64,000 nt of DNA from a virus (taxonomy: Duplodnaviria; Caudoviricetes). This document shows, piece after piece, positions 1 through 10,041 of the stretch; position 1 is the first letter of the stretch; each line of letters opens with the position of its first letter. The position numbers and the translations under genes were made by a program. A model generated the notes under the pieces. The model was given only the letters and a program-made list of their open reading frames with translations, ran no database searches and had not been told where the DNA came from. The stretch is taken from IMG/VR virus record IMGVR_UViG_3300035208_008180; one strand, 5' to 3'.

Positions 1-2
1 TA

Positions 3-1385
3 GCATCAGAATACGAGCACAGCATATATGAGTTAAAGTCTGCTCGGGAACGTATTGATGAAATTAACCAAGAGGAAAAATCCTGGCGGGATGGCAGAAA
101 CAAAGAATTAATTGCTCTTCAAAATGTGCGTTCATCGAAGCAATCACTGTTGGAGTCTTCCGATATCGGAGCAGCATTAGCCAAATACGAAAATGCTCAA
201 AAAACAATCCAAGAGACAAATGATAAAATCGTTGATTTAGATGCAAAAATTGCCGAAATTCGCACACAACTGCCCCAAGTGGAAGAAAAGGTAAACTCAA
301 GGAAACAGGAGCGAGGTCAATTAGATCAACAAATTCTTGTATTGCGAAACAAAATCATTACTGCCAATAATGAAATTAAAAGCAAAGAAAAAATTCTCAA
401 GGTCAAAGATCGCAAAGGGCAAGTTTGCAGCGAATGTTTTAGCGTTGTGGATGAAGCTAATTATTTAACTTTTGTGGACAATGCTCAAAAAAGTGTTGAT
501 GAAAATGAAAAATTAATTGCAGAAAACAATGTTGTATTAGAGCAATTGAATAAAGAATTGGCTGAAATCAAAGAAAAGATCACCAAGGGCACCAATCTTA
601 TTGCTACTAAGCAAGCTCAAGAAAGACAATTATCCTCTTCGATAGATAATTCCCGAAAAGAAATTCAAAAGCTTACAGCAATTCAAAAACCGACAGCCAA
701 CGATCAAGAGCAAGTTTTATTAACCGAGATTACAGAAATCGATAAACAGATTGTTGACAAAACGCAGCAAATAAATGGACCCTCGCCTTATGTAAGTCTG
801 CATACATCTGCGGAGGAAGATGCCAAGAAAAAAGAGACAGAAAGCGAAGTAAAGAAGGCAGAATTACAAAAGGTAGAGTCGCTTTTGCCTTATTACGAAT
901 GGTGGGCCGATGGCTTTGGACCAAAAGGCATTCCGAAGTTTGCTATTAACCACATCATTTCTCCGTTAAACACTCAAATTGCACATTGGCTAGAGTTTTT
1001 AATCAATGGTAAGATTAAATTGTTGTTTAATAATGAGTTAGAAGAATCTATTGAACGCAATCCATCTGATGGTGATCCTTTTGTGTATTATCAGATGTCA
1101 GGAGGAGAAAAAAGACGGCTAAATTTAGCAGTTTCACAGGCGTTTGCTTATATTATGTCGCATAGTTCTAAAGCATCTCCTTCAGTTGTTTTTCTGGATG
1201 AAGTTACAACTAATATTGACCCAATGGGCGTTGTTGGTGTATACAATATGATTATAGAATTGGCAAAAGATAAGCAAGTTTTTGTTACAACACACGATCA
1301 AGGATTGCAAGAATTGCTGCAAGGTTGTGAGACATTGTATCTTAGGAAAAAGGACGGATTCACAACTGTAATTAATAAAAATTAG
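3..1385 (+). CDS. SbcC/Rad50/T4 gp46-like recombination ATPase, C-terminal part (5'-truncated)
   Basis: Frame open from nt 3; coiled coil with zinc hook CSEC, ABC signature MSGGEKRR, Walker B VFLDE, H-loop TTHD. Confidence 0.93.
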   Translation, partial: ASEYEHSIYELKSARERIDEINQEEKSWRDGRNKELIALQNVRSSKQSLLESSDIGAALAKYENAQKTIQETNDKIVDLDAKIAEIRTQLPQVEEKVNSRKQERGQLDQQILVLRNKIITANNEIKSKEKILKVKDRKGQVCSECFSVVDEANYLTFVDNAQKSVDENEKLIAENNVVLEQLNKELAEIKEKITKGTNLIATKQAQERQLSSSIDNSRKEIQKLTAIQKPTANDQEQVLLTEITEIDKQIVDKTQQINGPSPYVSLHTSAEEDAKKKETESEVKKAELQKVESLLPYYEWWADGFGPKGIPKFAINHIISPLNTQIAHWLEFLINGKIKLLFNNELEESIERNPSDGDPFVYYQMSGGEKRRLNLAVSQAFAYIMSHSSKASPSVVFLDEVTTNIDPMGVVGVYNMIIELAKDKQVFVTTHDQGLQELLQGCETLYLRKKDGFTTVINKN

Positions 1386-1449
1386 TCTATTATTTTTCTA
1401 GTTCATAACCATAGGTATGAAAGTTAATCTAATGAGAAAGAGTGAAAAT

Positions 1450-4071
1450 ATGGTAAAGTTTGAAGACGTGAAGGGGCAGACAACAGAGGAATATTTTAAT
1501 GGAAATGAATTTAGTATCGATGCATTCAATAAAAAATACACAATACAAAAAGGCGAAACATACGTACAAGCTGTGAAACGTGTGTGTGATTATATTGCTT
1601 CGGTTGAAGCTACGAAAGAGTTGAGAGAATATTGGTCCGAGCGATGGTTTGATGAAATTTATAATGATTGGTGGCATCCCGCTGGAAGTATTATGCAAGG
1701 TGCCGCATCGGGCAGAAAAATTAGTTTGGCGAATTGCACCACATTGAGTTTGGGTGCAGGACTTCCCGAAGAGGAATGGGATAATCTAGAGAGTATTATT
1801 CGTAATGCAGGGTTCACTATTGCGAAAACGGCTGCCTATCGACAAGGCTTGGGACTAGAGTTTTCTCGTCTGCGTCCTGTGGGCACAAAAGTCATGAATT
1901 CTGCCAATGAATCCTCGGGTGCAATTCATTGGATGAAGTTTCTTGATTCTATTGGCTACTACGTTGGACAGCAGGGCCGTATTCCAGCTATGTTGTTCAG
2001 CCTTGCATGTGACCATCCCGATATTGAAGATTTTATCAAGGTAAAGTCTGACCATACCAAAATTCAAAATGCCAATATTTCCGTGCAATGCTCAGACGCA
2101 TTTTACGCTGCGGTAAGAAAAGACGCTGATTGGCGTCTTTCTTTTAATATTCCTGAGGTGAAGAAAGGAGATCGTATTTATTTGGATTCTCAGAGCAAAT
2201 GTATGGATGCTCACTTCGACAAAGAAAAGAAGAAGTGGTATACAACGGCATTGCGAGATCGCAAAGGCGAGACAATCGAAAGAACCGTCAAAGCCCGTAA
2301 GTTGCTGGAACTCATTGCACAGAATATGCACACTCATGCAGAGCCGGGTATTCAAAACATAGATGTAGCTCGCAAATATTCTAATTCTGACTATGTGTAT
2401 AATCCCGAGGATGAGTATGATTCGAGGATTGTTAGCACAAATGCCTGCTCAGAACAATATCTTTCCCGTGAAAGTTTGTGTGTTTTGGCATCACTAAATG
2501 CGGGTAAATTTTCTATTCATGATGACAATTGTAAAAAAGAGTTGGCAAAGATTGCTTATTCTATGAATCGATTCTTAGATAATGTGAACGAGGCAGAATT
2601 GAGAAACGGCACTTATGCCACTCCTCATCAAAAATTGGCAATTGAGAAGCTACGACGCACAGGGGCTGGCTTTACCAATATGTGTGCTTGGCTCTTTAAA
2701 CAAAACCTAGAATACGGCACAGAAGATGGCAATAAAGCAGTTGCCAATTTTATGAAATGGTATAATTTCTATCTCTACGAATCTTCTATTGCACTAGGCA
2801 AAGAGAAAGGTAGTTTTGAACTATTTGACGAAGAAAAATATTGTCAATCGCCATTTATCAAACGGTTGATGAAACTGGGACTGAAGTTTAAAACGATGAG
2901 AAATAGCACACTCACCAGTATTGCCCCTACTGGCACACTCACCACGCAATTTAGGGACAATGCCATGTCTTATGGCATTGAGCCATCAACTTATTTGTAT
3001 TGGTGGAAACGCACCCGCATGAATGGCCAATATGAATTCTATTTCTGTGTGCCATCTGTTGTGCGAGAATTCTTCGCCCAAAAAGGCTGTCCGTTGCCAA
3101 TGGACAAAGATACGATCAAGGATACTTGGGATGGGAAGATTGGCAAGCCAATTGCTGAATTCATCGAAGCTCACAAAAATGAAATTGGCATTAAATTCCG
3201 CTGTGCTACAGAAATTCATCCCAATGAAAAATTAGACTTAATGGCACAAGTCATGACATGGGTAGATTCTTCTATTTCTGTAACCTACCTATTGCCAGAA
3301 GGTAGCGACTGGAAGACTGTATATGACTTCATTTTGTTAGCACATGAAAAAGAAGTCAAATCAATTGCCGCTTTTCCAGACAAGAAAATGTATGGAATTA
3401 TTTCCATAATTCCATTTAAGGATTTGGCGAAGAAATTGATCTCAGAAGGCGTCGTTATTCATGAACAAAACTTCTGCAAAGAAGAGTTGGAAGAATTGTA
3501 TGGCACTACTTATTTGTCGCCCAATGAATATCAGATTCAAAAAACTAAAGCTCCAATCCGCCCCCAGAGATTGCCTTGTGATATTCACCACACCAAGGTT
3601 ACAAAAAAGCTTGATAAAATTCGCACATTTGATTATATTGTTTTGGTAGGCATTATGCCGCCCAATGATCCTTACGAAATCTTTGTGGCTGAAAATGGCA
3701 TCCTCGATAAGAAATACAAGCGTGGCGTACTTATCAAAAAGGCAAGGGGTGTTTATGCTTTGGAAATAGAAGGCAAAATAGTTATAGAGAACATTGCCAA
3801 AGACGCCACAGAATCAGAAGATGTTTTGACACGCATGGTGAGCACGAGTTTGAGACATGGTGCGGATATTCATTTCATAGTGCAGCAACTCGAAAAGTCT
3901 CAAGGTGATTTGTTTGCTTTTTCAAAAGCCATTTATCGCATTTTGAAGAAGTATGTTCCTGACAACACTAAGATTACTGGCATGACTTGTCCATCCTGTG
4001 GGTGTAATGAATTTATTAGAATTGAAGGTTGTGCAACCTGTGTTAAGTGTGGGCATAGCAAGTGTAGCTAA
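1450..4071 (+). CDS. nrdJ: Class II (adenosylcobalamin) ribonucleotide reductase
   Basis: LANC, TNACSEQ (N-C-E), IAPTGT; C-terminal CPSCG...EGCATCVKCGHSKCS. Start is 1450 or 1417. Confidence 0.92.
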   Translation: MVKFEDVKGQTTEEYFNGNEFSIDAFNKKYTIQKGETYVQAVKRVCDYIASVEATKELREYWSERWFDEIYNDWWHPAGSIMQGAASGRKISLANCTTLSLGAGLPEEEWDNLESIIRNAGFTIAKTAAYRQGLGLEFSRLRPVGTKVMNSANESSGAIHWMKFLDSIGYYVGQQGRIPAMLFSLACDHPDIEDFIKVKSDHTKIQNANISVQCSDAFYAAVRKDADWRLSFNIPEVKKGDRIYLDSQSKCMDAHFDKEKKKWYTTALRDRKGETIERTVKARKLLELIAQNMHTHAEPGIQNIDVARKYSNSDYVYNPEDEYDSRIVSTNACSEQYLSRESLCVLASLNAGKFSIHDDNCKKELAKIAYSMNRFLDNVNEAELRNGTYATPHQKLAIEKLRRTGAGFTNMCAWLFKQNLEYGTEDGNKAVANFMKWYNFYLYESSIALGKEKGSFELFDEEKYCQSPFIKRLMKLGLKFKTMRNSTLTSIAPTGTLTTQFRDNAMSYGIEPSTYLYWWKRTRMNGQYEFYFCVPSVVREFFAQKGCPLPMDKDTIKDTWDGKIGKPIAEFIEAHKNEIGIKFRCATEIHPNEKLDLMAQVMTWVDSSISVTYLLPEGSDWKTVYDFILLAHEKEVKSIAAFPDKKMYGIISIIPFKDLAKKLISEGVVIHEQNFCKEELEELYGTTYLSPNEYQIQKTKAPIRPQRLPCDIHHTKVTKKLDKIRTFDYIVLVGIMPPNDPYEIFVAENGILDKKYKRGVLIKKARGVYALEIEGKIVIENIAKDATESEDVLTRMVSTSLRHGADIHFIVQQLEKSQGDLFAFSKAIYRILKKYVPDNTKITGMTCPSCGCNEFIRIEGCATCVKCGHSKCS

Positions 4072-4377
4072 ATGAAGAAAAACAAATCGCCAGATCATTG
4101 CCCCATCTGTGGGCAATATATGGAAGTAATCTGTTCTGGGTTTCAGCGGCACCCTTTTGTGGATGGTCGATGTTATGAAAACATTTGCCACATATGTTTT
4201 TCTGCTCCTTGCACCTGTCGTTTTGACGAAGGTGTGATGTGGAAACATTATGATTATGAGGATCAAGAACTGCATACCGCTGAGGAAATGATGCGGTTTG
4301 GGTTCACAAAAGCCGAAGTAGCCATTTCCTTAAAAGCAGTAAAATTGGCTATAAAAAATGGTAAGCACCCTAAATAG
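4072..4377 (+). CDS. Small Cys-rich (Zn-finger) hypothetical protein
   Basis: CPIC and CHIC motifs; abuts the nrdJ stop. Confidence 0.6.
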   Translation: MKKNKSPDHCPICGQYMEVICSGFQRHPFVDGRCYENICHICFSAPCTCRFDEGVMWKHYDYEDQELHTAEEMMRFGFTKAEVAISLKAVKLAIKNGKHPK

Positions 4378-4380
4378 GGT

Positions 4381-5373
4381 ATGGATTTTAAGGGCTTTTT
4401 ACTGAGCGAAATGATGGTTCATCGCCTTGGGGGAGAGCCATATAGAAATTTTATTGCTTTTCGAGGGCATCTATGGCTATTTGATGATGAGCCAACACAA
4501 AAAGAAGCCAAAGCCATTAACCGCATTATTCTCAAAGAACATCCTCAACACAAAGAATTAAAAGAAAAGCACAGGAAATTCGGCAAGTATTCATTTGATA
4601 TTCAGGATTGGGTAAGAGAAAATATCCAAGATGCTTTTGTGGGAAGTTGGGATGCTAAAACAAAAATTATTTGGACTGGCGAAGATTCGATCAGTCCAGT
4701 GACTTCTCCATTAGTCAAAAAGGTTGTAGCTGCACTGAAAGCCAAATCTGTACAATTTGAAACCAATCAATCGTTCTCAAAAGAACAAGATGTGCCATCT
4801 TATCAAAGACAGGACAACACAAGCTATTGGGATCGCACTGAAATTTATCGTCGCAAAGATATCTTAGGACAAATTCCAGAAACTGCATTTCATGGCACTT
4901 CTACCAAATATTTGCCTGATATTCTGAAATGGGGGCTAATGCCTGGACAAGCTGAGTCTAATTATGGGGACATTATGCATGAGGATAAGATATTTTTGGC
5001 ATTCAAGTTCTCAGAAGCAGAATCACATGCTACGCATACAGGTGGTCGCACTAAAAACTATCCGGTTGTAATTCAAGTCAAAATACCCGATAGAGCCCGA
5101 TTGTTGCCTGATTATGATGCTGATAAATCAACATCCACACCCACCTATCCAGATTTTGTTGGCGGCAAACCGAATACATATTCTTCGGTTAGTCCAATGA
5201 AAGCTAGTAAACATCAAGGAGTTGTCGGATACAAAGGTCGTATCCCAGCCAATTTCATCGAAGCTGTATATCTAAGAATGGGGAATAATTGGAAAAAAGT
5301 CAAATTAGATACTCTTAGAAAGAGGGTTGCAGAAGACCCTTGGGAATGGCAATATAAATACGGATTTGAATAG
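4381..5373 (+). CDS. Putative ADP-ribosyltransferase-fold (Tpt1/KptA-like) internal head protein
   Basis: FHGTS...IL..GL.P, IFLA, GRIP..FIEAV; N-terminus MDFKGFLLSE. Confidence 0.6.
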   Translation: MDFKGFLLSEMMVHRLGGEPYRNFIAFRGHLWLFDDEPTQKEAKAINRIILKEHPQHKELKEKHRKFGKYSFDIQDWVRENIQDAFVGSWDAKTKIIWTGEDSISPVTSPLVKKVVAALKAKSVQFETNQSFSKEQDVPSYQRQDNTSYWDRTEIYRRKDILGQIPETAFHGTSTKYLPDILKWGLMPGQAESNYGDIMHEDKIFLAFKFSEAESHATHTGGRTKNYPVVIQVKIPDRARLLPDYDADKSTSTPTYPDFVGGKPNTYSSVSPMKASKHQGVVGYKGRIPANFIEAVYLRMGNNWKKVKLDTLRKRVAEDPWEWQYKYGFE

Positions 5374-5381
5374 GACAATTT

Positions 5382-5867
5382 ATGGAATTTAAATATTTTA
5401 TTTTAAATGAAGGCAGGGCTTATCTGGGCATACGTTTGGGGGACATTCTCAATGCAACTCAGGATTTAGAGCAAAATGCCAAAAGTATGGGCTCTCGTCA
5501 ACTTGTCAGTAATGCTGAGGGCATTGTAAATCAAATTCGCAGAGTGTTACACACCCATTGGGATAAGCAGGAAGAAGAGTCCCTCAAAAAGTTGCAAAAG
5601 GCAGCAGTAGCTTTAGCCAGAGCTATCGAAGAAAAAGATGATCTCTTAAACACGATTACATCGGTTAAGGGAGAGCTTGAGGAATTAGTGGGTGATTTAG
5701 GGCAGCCAATTGGGGAACTAGGCAAGCCAGAAGGCGGCAAAGAAGCCAAAGAACAAGAAGAAACGCCACAGCCTCAGCCTCAGCAAACTCAACAGCCAGG
5801 ACCGCCACCAGCAGGACCACCGCAGCCTCAACAGCCGTCACCCCAAATGCCTGGGCAACCTCAATAA
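5382..5867 (+). CDS. Helical hypothetical protein with P/Q-rich tail
   Basis: 161 aa ORF; N-terminus MEFKYFILNE. Confidence 0.7.
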   Translation: MEFKYFILNEGRAYLGIRLGDILNATQDLEQNAKSMGSRQLVSNAEGIVNQIRRVLHTHWDKQEEESLKKLQKAAVALARAIEEKDDLLNTITSVKGELEELVGDLGQPIGELGKPEGGKEAKEQEETPQPQPQQTQQPGPPPAGPPQPQQPSPQMPGQPQ

Positions 5868-5925
5868 TCTATTTACTTTATTGTTTGTTTTTGCTAAGAT
5901 GATGGAAATATAAGGAGATTTTATC

Positions 5926-7086
5926 ATTTGTGGCATAGTGGGATTTATAGGCAAGAGCAAAGACCCAACAGCGTCCTACGATTTAGCAACTCAATTGTTT
6001 CTTAAAACAGAGAGTCGTGGCGAGGATGCCACTGGTATTTGGGGAACTGAACCTGGGAATGGTAAAATTATTTACCATAAAGAGCCGGTAAAAGTAAAAG
6101 AATTTGTTACTGGTGATATGTGGAAAAGGGTCAGAAAACTAAACCCTGATTTGCTATTGATGCATGCCAGGGCCGCTTCTTCAGGTGTTGGCAGCCCCAA
6201 AGTCAACAAAAACAACCATCCATTCGTTAGCAAAGATTGCACAACGGCACTCATTCACAATGGAAGAATACCAGATGTGGAATATGGACAATTAAAGAAA
6301 CAATATGCTGTAGAATCTGATTGCGATTCAGAGATGTTTTTGCGGGTATTTGAACATGGATCAGGAATGGCACATGGCATTCAAGATATATGGTCCTATA
6401 TGCATCGTAGTCATATGGCCATTGCTATTGGCGAACGAATAGCACAAAGCCGTAGATTGTGGCTTTTCCGCAACACTCATCGGCCACTTTGGCTGACAGA
6501 TATGCGAAGTACATTGGGACAAATATTTTTCTTCTCCGATCCCGACATTTGGGATGAAGCAACAGCCGCTTGCAAAAATGTTTGGAATTACTTAGGAAAA
6601 ATAAAATTATTTAATTTGACAACAGAGATGATATGGTGTTTTAATTCAGACGCCAAAGGTCAAATAAATTTACAGAAGTTTAAAATTTGTGTTAAAGATA
6701 ACACTCCTTGGCAAACAAAAAAAGAAAAACTTGAAATTAGGCTCAAAGGCCCAGACTCGAAGGTTGAAATCATAACTGGATTAAATGAAAAAGACGAATT
6801 GCCCGAGAAACAAAAGCCTGTGGTAGTTGCACCATTCTCTCATGCTTATCAAGATGAAGAGGGGCTCTTTACCGACACATCTGACAATAAGAAAAACCTA
6901 GAAAAGCTTAGCGAACAAATTAAAGCAATTGAGCTATTACTTAATGATGTTTCAACTGCCACGGAAAACCTTGTGTGGGAAAATACGATAGATGGGGATG
7001 ATTTTTTAGAATTATTTACGTCTTTATCTAATGTCGATATGGAGTTGCAAGGGACTTTGCGATTGTTAGAAGATGGTAAACGATAA
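5926..7086 (+). CDS. Class II (Ntn) glutamine amidotransferase, probable ATT start
   Basis: (M)CGIVGF, RGEDATG, HARAAS, NNHPF, HNG, CDSE; SD AAGGAG at 5912-5917. Confidence 0.85.
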   Translation: MCGIVGFIGKSKDPTASYDLATQLFLKTESRGEDATGIWGTEPGNGKIIYHKEPVKVKEFVTGDMWKRVRKLNPDLLLMHARAASSGVGSPKVNKNNHPFVSKDCTTALIHNGRIPDVEYGQLKKQYAVESDCDSEMFLRVFEHGSGMAHGIQDIWSYMHRSHMAIAIGERIAQSRRLWLFRNTHRPLWLTDMRSTLGQIFFFSDPDIWDEATAACKNVWNYLGKIKLFNLTTEMIWCFNSDAKGQINLQKFKICVKDNTPWQTKKEKLEIRLKGPDSKVEIITGLNEKDELPEKQKPVVVAPFSHAYQDEEGLFTDTSDNKKNLEKLSEQIKAIELLLNDVSTATENLVWENTIDGDDFLELFTSLSNVDMELQGTLRLLEDGKR

Positions 7087-7106
7087 TTCATTTACTATAT
7101 TAGTGA

Positions 7107-7700
7107 ATGAGTGAATTTAATGATGATTTAGATGTTGAAGATGTATTAAAAGAAAAGCCCAAAAAAATAAAATCTGGGGCCAAAGGCAAGGCGGCAGAAA
7201 GAGATATCTGTCACATTCTTAATAAACGTTTTGCCAACATTCTGTTAGCACACCCATCTTGGGGAACGTTTTCCAGAAGCGTGGGTTCTGGCAATCGTTG
7301 GGGACAGGGAGTGATGTTATCAGAGCAGGCAAAGAATGTTTATGCTTCTGATATTTGTTGCCCCGAGCATTTTTTGTTCGTGATTGAGAGCAAAAAAGGC
7401 TACAATGAGATCGATTTATGCACTTGCTTTAGTGGCAAATGTCCAGGCTTGGATACCTTTTTGCAACAGGTGTTAGATGATTCCTTGAGAGTGAATCGTA
7501 AACCCTTGTTGATTTGGAAGAAGGATCGCAAGCCAGCCATTGCATTTATACGAGAGCCTATGACATGGGCTGGCCCCAATTGGCCGGAAGAATTTCAAGC
7601 AACAGCGGATATGTTTTACACAGGCGTTGGCGGTTGGTCGGCATTGCCATTTACGGAATTGTTGACTTCAACCCCAGATACGTTTTGGTTTTCAACATGA
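7107..7700 (+). CDS. PD-(D/E)xK Holliday junction resolvase (Hjc-like)
   Basis: KG.AAER, SDI, VIESKKG. Confidence 0.75.
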   Translation: MSEFNDDLDVEDVLKEKPKKIKSGAKGKAAERDICHILNKRFANILLAHPSWGTFSRSVGSGNRWGQGVMLSEQAKNVYASDICCPEHFLFVIESKKGYNEIDLCTCFSGKCPGLDTFLQQVLDDSLRVNRKPLLIWKKDRKPAIAFIREPMTWAGPNWPEEFQATADMFYTGVGGWSALPFTELLTSTPDTFWFST

Positions 7701-8422
7701 GGCTTCTTGTGTAAGGCTTTCCAGTGATGAGCGGCAGCCACTGCCATTAAACACCATTCATCATCTTGTAGATCAGATGTGAGAAAATCTGCCATAATCT
7801 GAGCATCATTCTTTTTTAGATTTTCTATTTCATCATTGGGTTTGAAGTGCGTGTCTATTTTTGCCGCCAGTGTTGCTACTTTTTGCACTTCTTTATTTTT
7901 TTTGGCTGCCCAAGGTTGAGGCAAACCAGCCTCTTTGGCAGCCTTTCTTTGAGCCCTCATGCTCACGGCTGGTCCAGTATAATCATCATTCCAGTCAAAC
8001 ACATCTTGTTTTACATTTCTCAATTCGCTGAGAGTTCGTCGTCCTTCACAATGAGCCCGAGCAGCACAAACGGCTTTGTTGTAGAAAGTTGGGAAAGACG
8101 GACCAGGATGGTTGAGAAATTTCCACAAAAGATGGGCTGGATCATCCTGTCCCTGAAATTTACATTCCTTCATGACAGACAGAAATTCTTTTGCCTTATC
8201 TGCCCCGTATTTGATAGCACATTTGCAAGCTACTGCCCCCAATGCAGCACTATAAGTACCGTCCGGGCTCCCAGGCAAGCACTTGGTGATTTCTGCTGCC
8301 AATGCCTCGAAACGATCATAGAATTCCGCACGTTTTTCAGCAGGAAGCTGAACTTCTGCCTTGCCTCTATTGCCAATGCCTTTCAGCATTTGATTGCAAA
8401 CTCGCTCGATGAATTCATTCAT
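7616..8422 (-). CDS. Hypothetical protein, paralog of the C-terminal domain of 10042..11136
   Basis: Shared YG.DK..F, DP and K.DVF.W...YT.P. Confidence 0.65.
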   Translation of the reverse strand: MNEFIERVCNQMLKGIGNRGKAEVQLPAEKRAEFYDRFEALAAEITKCLPGSPDGTYSAALGAVACKCAIKYGADKAKEFLSVMKECKFQGQDDPAHLLWKFLNHPGPSFPTFYNKAVCAARAHCEGRRTLSELRNVKQDVFDWNDDYTGPAVSMRAQRKAAKEAGLPQPWAAKKNKEVQKVATLAAKIDTHFKPNDEIENLKKNDAQIMADFLTSDLQDDEWCLMAVAAAHHWKALHKKPHVENQNVSGVEVNNSVNGNADQPPTPV

Positions 8423-10024
8423 TTATGCTGCTCCCAAAATACTTCTCATTTGATCTTTAATTTTTTCAATACGGCCCAGTTCCTCTTGTTGGCTATTTTG
8501 AGCCTCTTGAACGTCGCTCAACAACCTTGTTTCTTGCACCACATAGTCTTGCATTCTGTTTTCCGCTTCATTCAAGTCCTTTTTTAATGCATCCAATCGC
8601 ATTTGCAAGCCCGACATAGCATCATGAGTGGTTTGCAGGTCTTTTTGTGCCTGTTCTATAATTTCACCATAAGTATTGACAGATTCTTGAACTGTGTCAA
8701 TTTGTTTGGCCAAAGGTTCTAGATTTGACATTTCACTTGCTACCTTTGAAAGCGGAACAGCAAGAATGGGTTCTGACGAATGAATTGGCTCGGGGAGCGA
8801 TGTATCAGGTGCCAGAGCAATTGCCGACAGAGGTTTGGCCAGGGCTTTATTTGATTCTTCGGCAGTGAGTTGTTGCACCAATTTGGGATGTTTTTTGAAC
8901 TCTTCCATCCCATCACAAGTTAACCAAAATCCCTTTGTTCTCTGGTCTTTTACAGACCGATACTCACGACGCAGCCATCTTTCCTCGCACAAAGCTTTCA
9001 GAAGGAAAGATATGATTTTGGTGCCATCCGTGTAATAGTCTTGTTGCCGAAGGAATTGATCGATGCCTAATTCAAATTTTAATGCATTGAGCGTCAATTC
9101 CAGACTTAGATACCCATTCCTTCCCGATACTGCCACAAACGCAGCCAGGGTGTTTAAACAGGCAACTGGACTGTGATGTACCGGAGCATTTGCCGATATA
9201 TCACGATGGCTTAAACAAAACCGTGCTCGCTTGCCGCAGTTAAAATAATTACTGGGCAATTTCCAAAAGATTTTTGAATGGAAATCAAGCACTTCGATAC
9301 CCATTTGATCTCTTGCCGCAAGCATAACTTTTTCTTCAAATGGCCATTGATGACCAATGAATTCTGATATGCTCAATCCCTTCTCGGTATACATCGCCAG
9401 CTTGACTTCAATCCATCTAATGGCTTCATTGACTAGCTTGGGATCGGGCTGTGCCAATCGTTGTTGAACTTCTTGGTCCACTTCTGCCAAGGCATTGATT
9501 TCTGCTTCCTTTTTGGCAATTTGCTCCGCTTTTTGGACGATACCAACCGATTTGGCAGGATCAGGACTCAAGAGGGCATTTTTGATATCTGCTGACGTTG
9601 GCAACCGTGGTTTCGGCGGAAATGGCGAAGTTAGCAGAGGCGATTGTGTTGCTTTCTCCACCATCTGTTTGGTAAGGGGCTCAACAGTTAGTTTCTTTGG
9701 ATGCACTCGCCTGAAAGCAGAAATTACATTTTTTCTATCATACATTTTCGGGCAAGTAAGAACAGAATCCCAACAAGTTTCTGGTCCTCCCGGCATTGTA
9801 CGAATCAAAAGTGATTGTGGCCCATTGGAGGCTTCTCTTGCAAACATAAAGCGGAAATCAGAACGCTTTCCGCTTTGTTTGAAAAAAGCCAAATCCCATG
9901 TGCCGTGGTATTGTAAAGCCGTAAGAACTTGCTCTACAATTTTGACACTATCTTCAACGAGCCGATCCTTTCGCAAGATAGTGTGAATAACCCTCACAAC
10001 CAGAGGGGGCGGTTTCTTAGACAT
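8423..10024 (-). CDS. Hypothetical protein with C-terminal coiled coil
   Basis: 533 aa ORF, SD GGAGG, in an operon-like run. Confidence 0.7.
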   Translation of the reverse strand: MSKKPPPLVVRVIHTILRKDRLVEDSVKIVEQVLTALQYHGTWDLAFFKQSGKRSDFRFMFAREASNGPQSLLIRTMPGGPETCWDSVLTCPKMYDRKNVISAFRRVHPKKLTVEPLTKQMVEKATQSPLLTSPFPPKPRLPTSADIKNALLSPDPAKSVGIVQKAEQIAKKEAEINALAEVDQEVQQRLAQPDPKLVNEAIRWIEVKLAMYTEKGLSISEFIGHQWPFEEKVMLAARDQMGIEVLDFHSKIFWKLPSNYFNCGKRARFCLSHRDISANAPVHHSPVACLNTLAAFVAVSGRNGYLSLELTLNALKFELGIDQFLRQQDYYTDGTKIISFLLKALCEERWLRREYRSVKDQRTKGFWLTCDGMEEFKKHPKLVQQLTAEESNKALAKPLSAIALAPDTSLPEPIHSSEPILAVPLSKVASEMSNLEPLAKQIDTVQESVNTYGEIIEQAQKDLQTTHDAMSGLQMRLDALKKDLNEAENRMQDYVVQETRLLSDVQEAQNSQQEELGRIEKIKDQMRSILGAA

Positions 10025-10041
10025 AATAATCCTCCCCTGGA

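Noticed and set aside
1450-4071. Intein or intron in the ribonucleotide reductase
   Set aside because: Continuous ORF of normal size with no intein terminal or LAGLIDADG motifs
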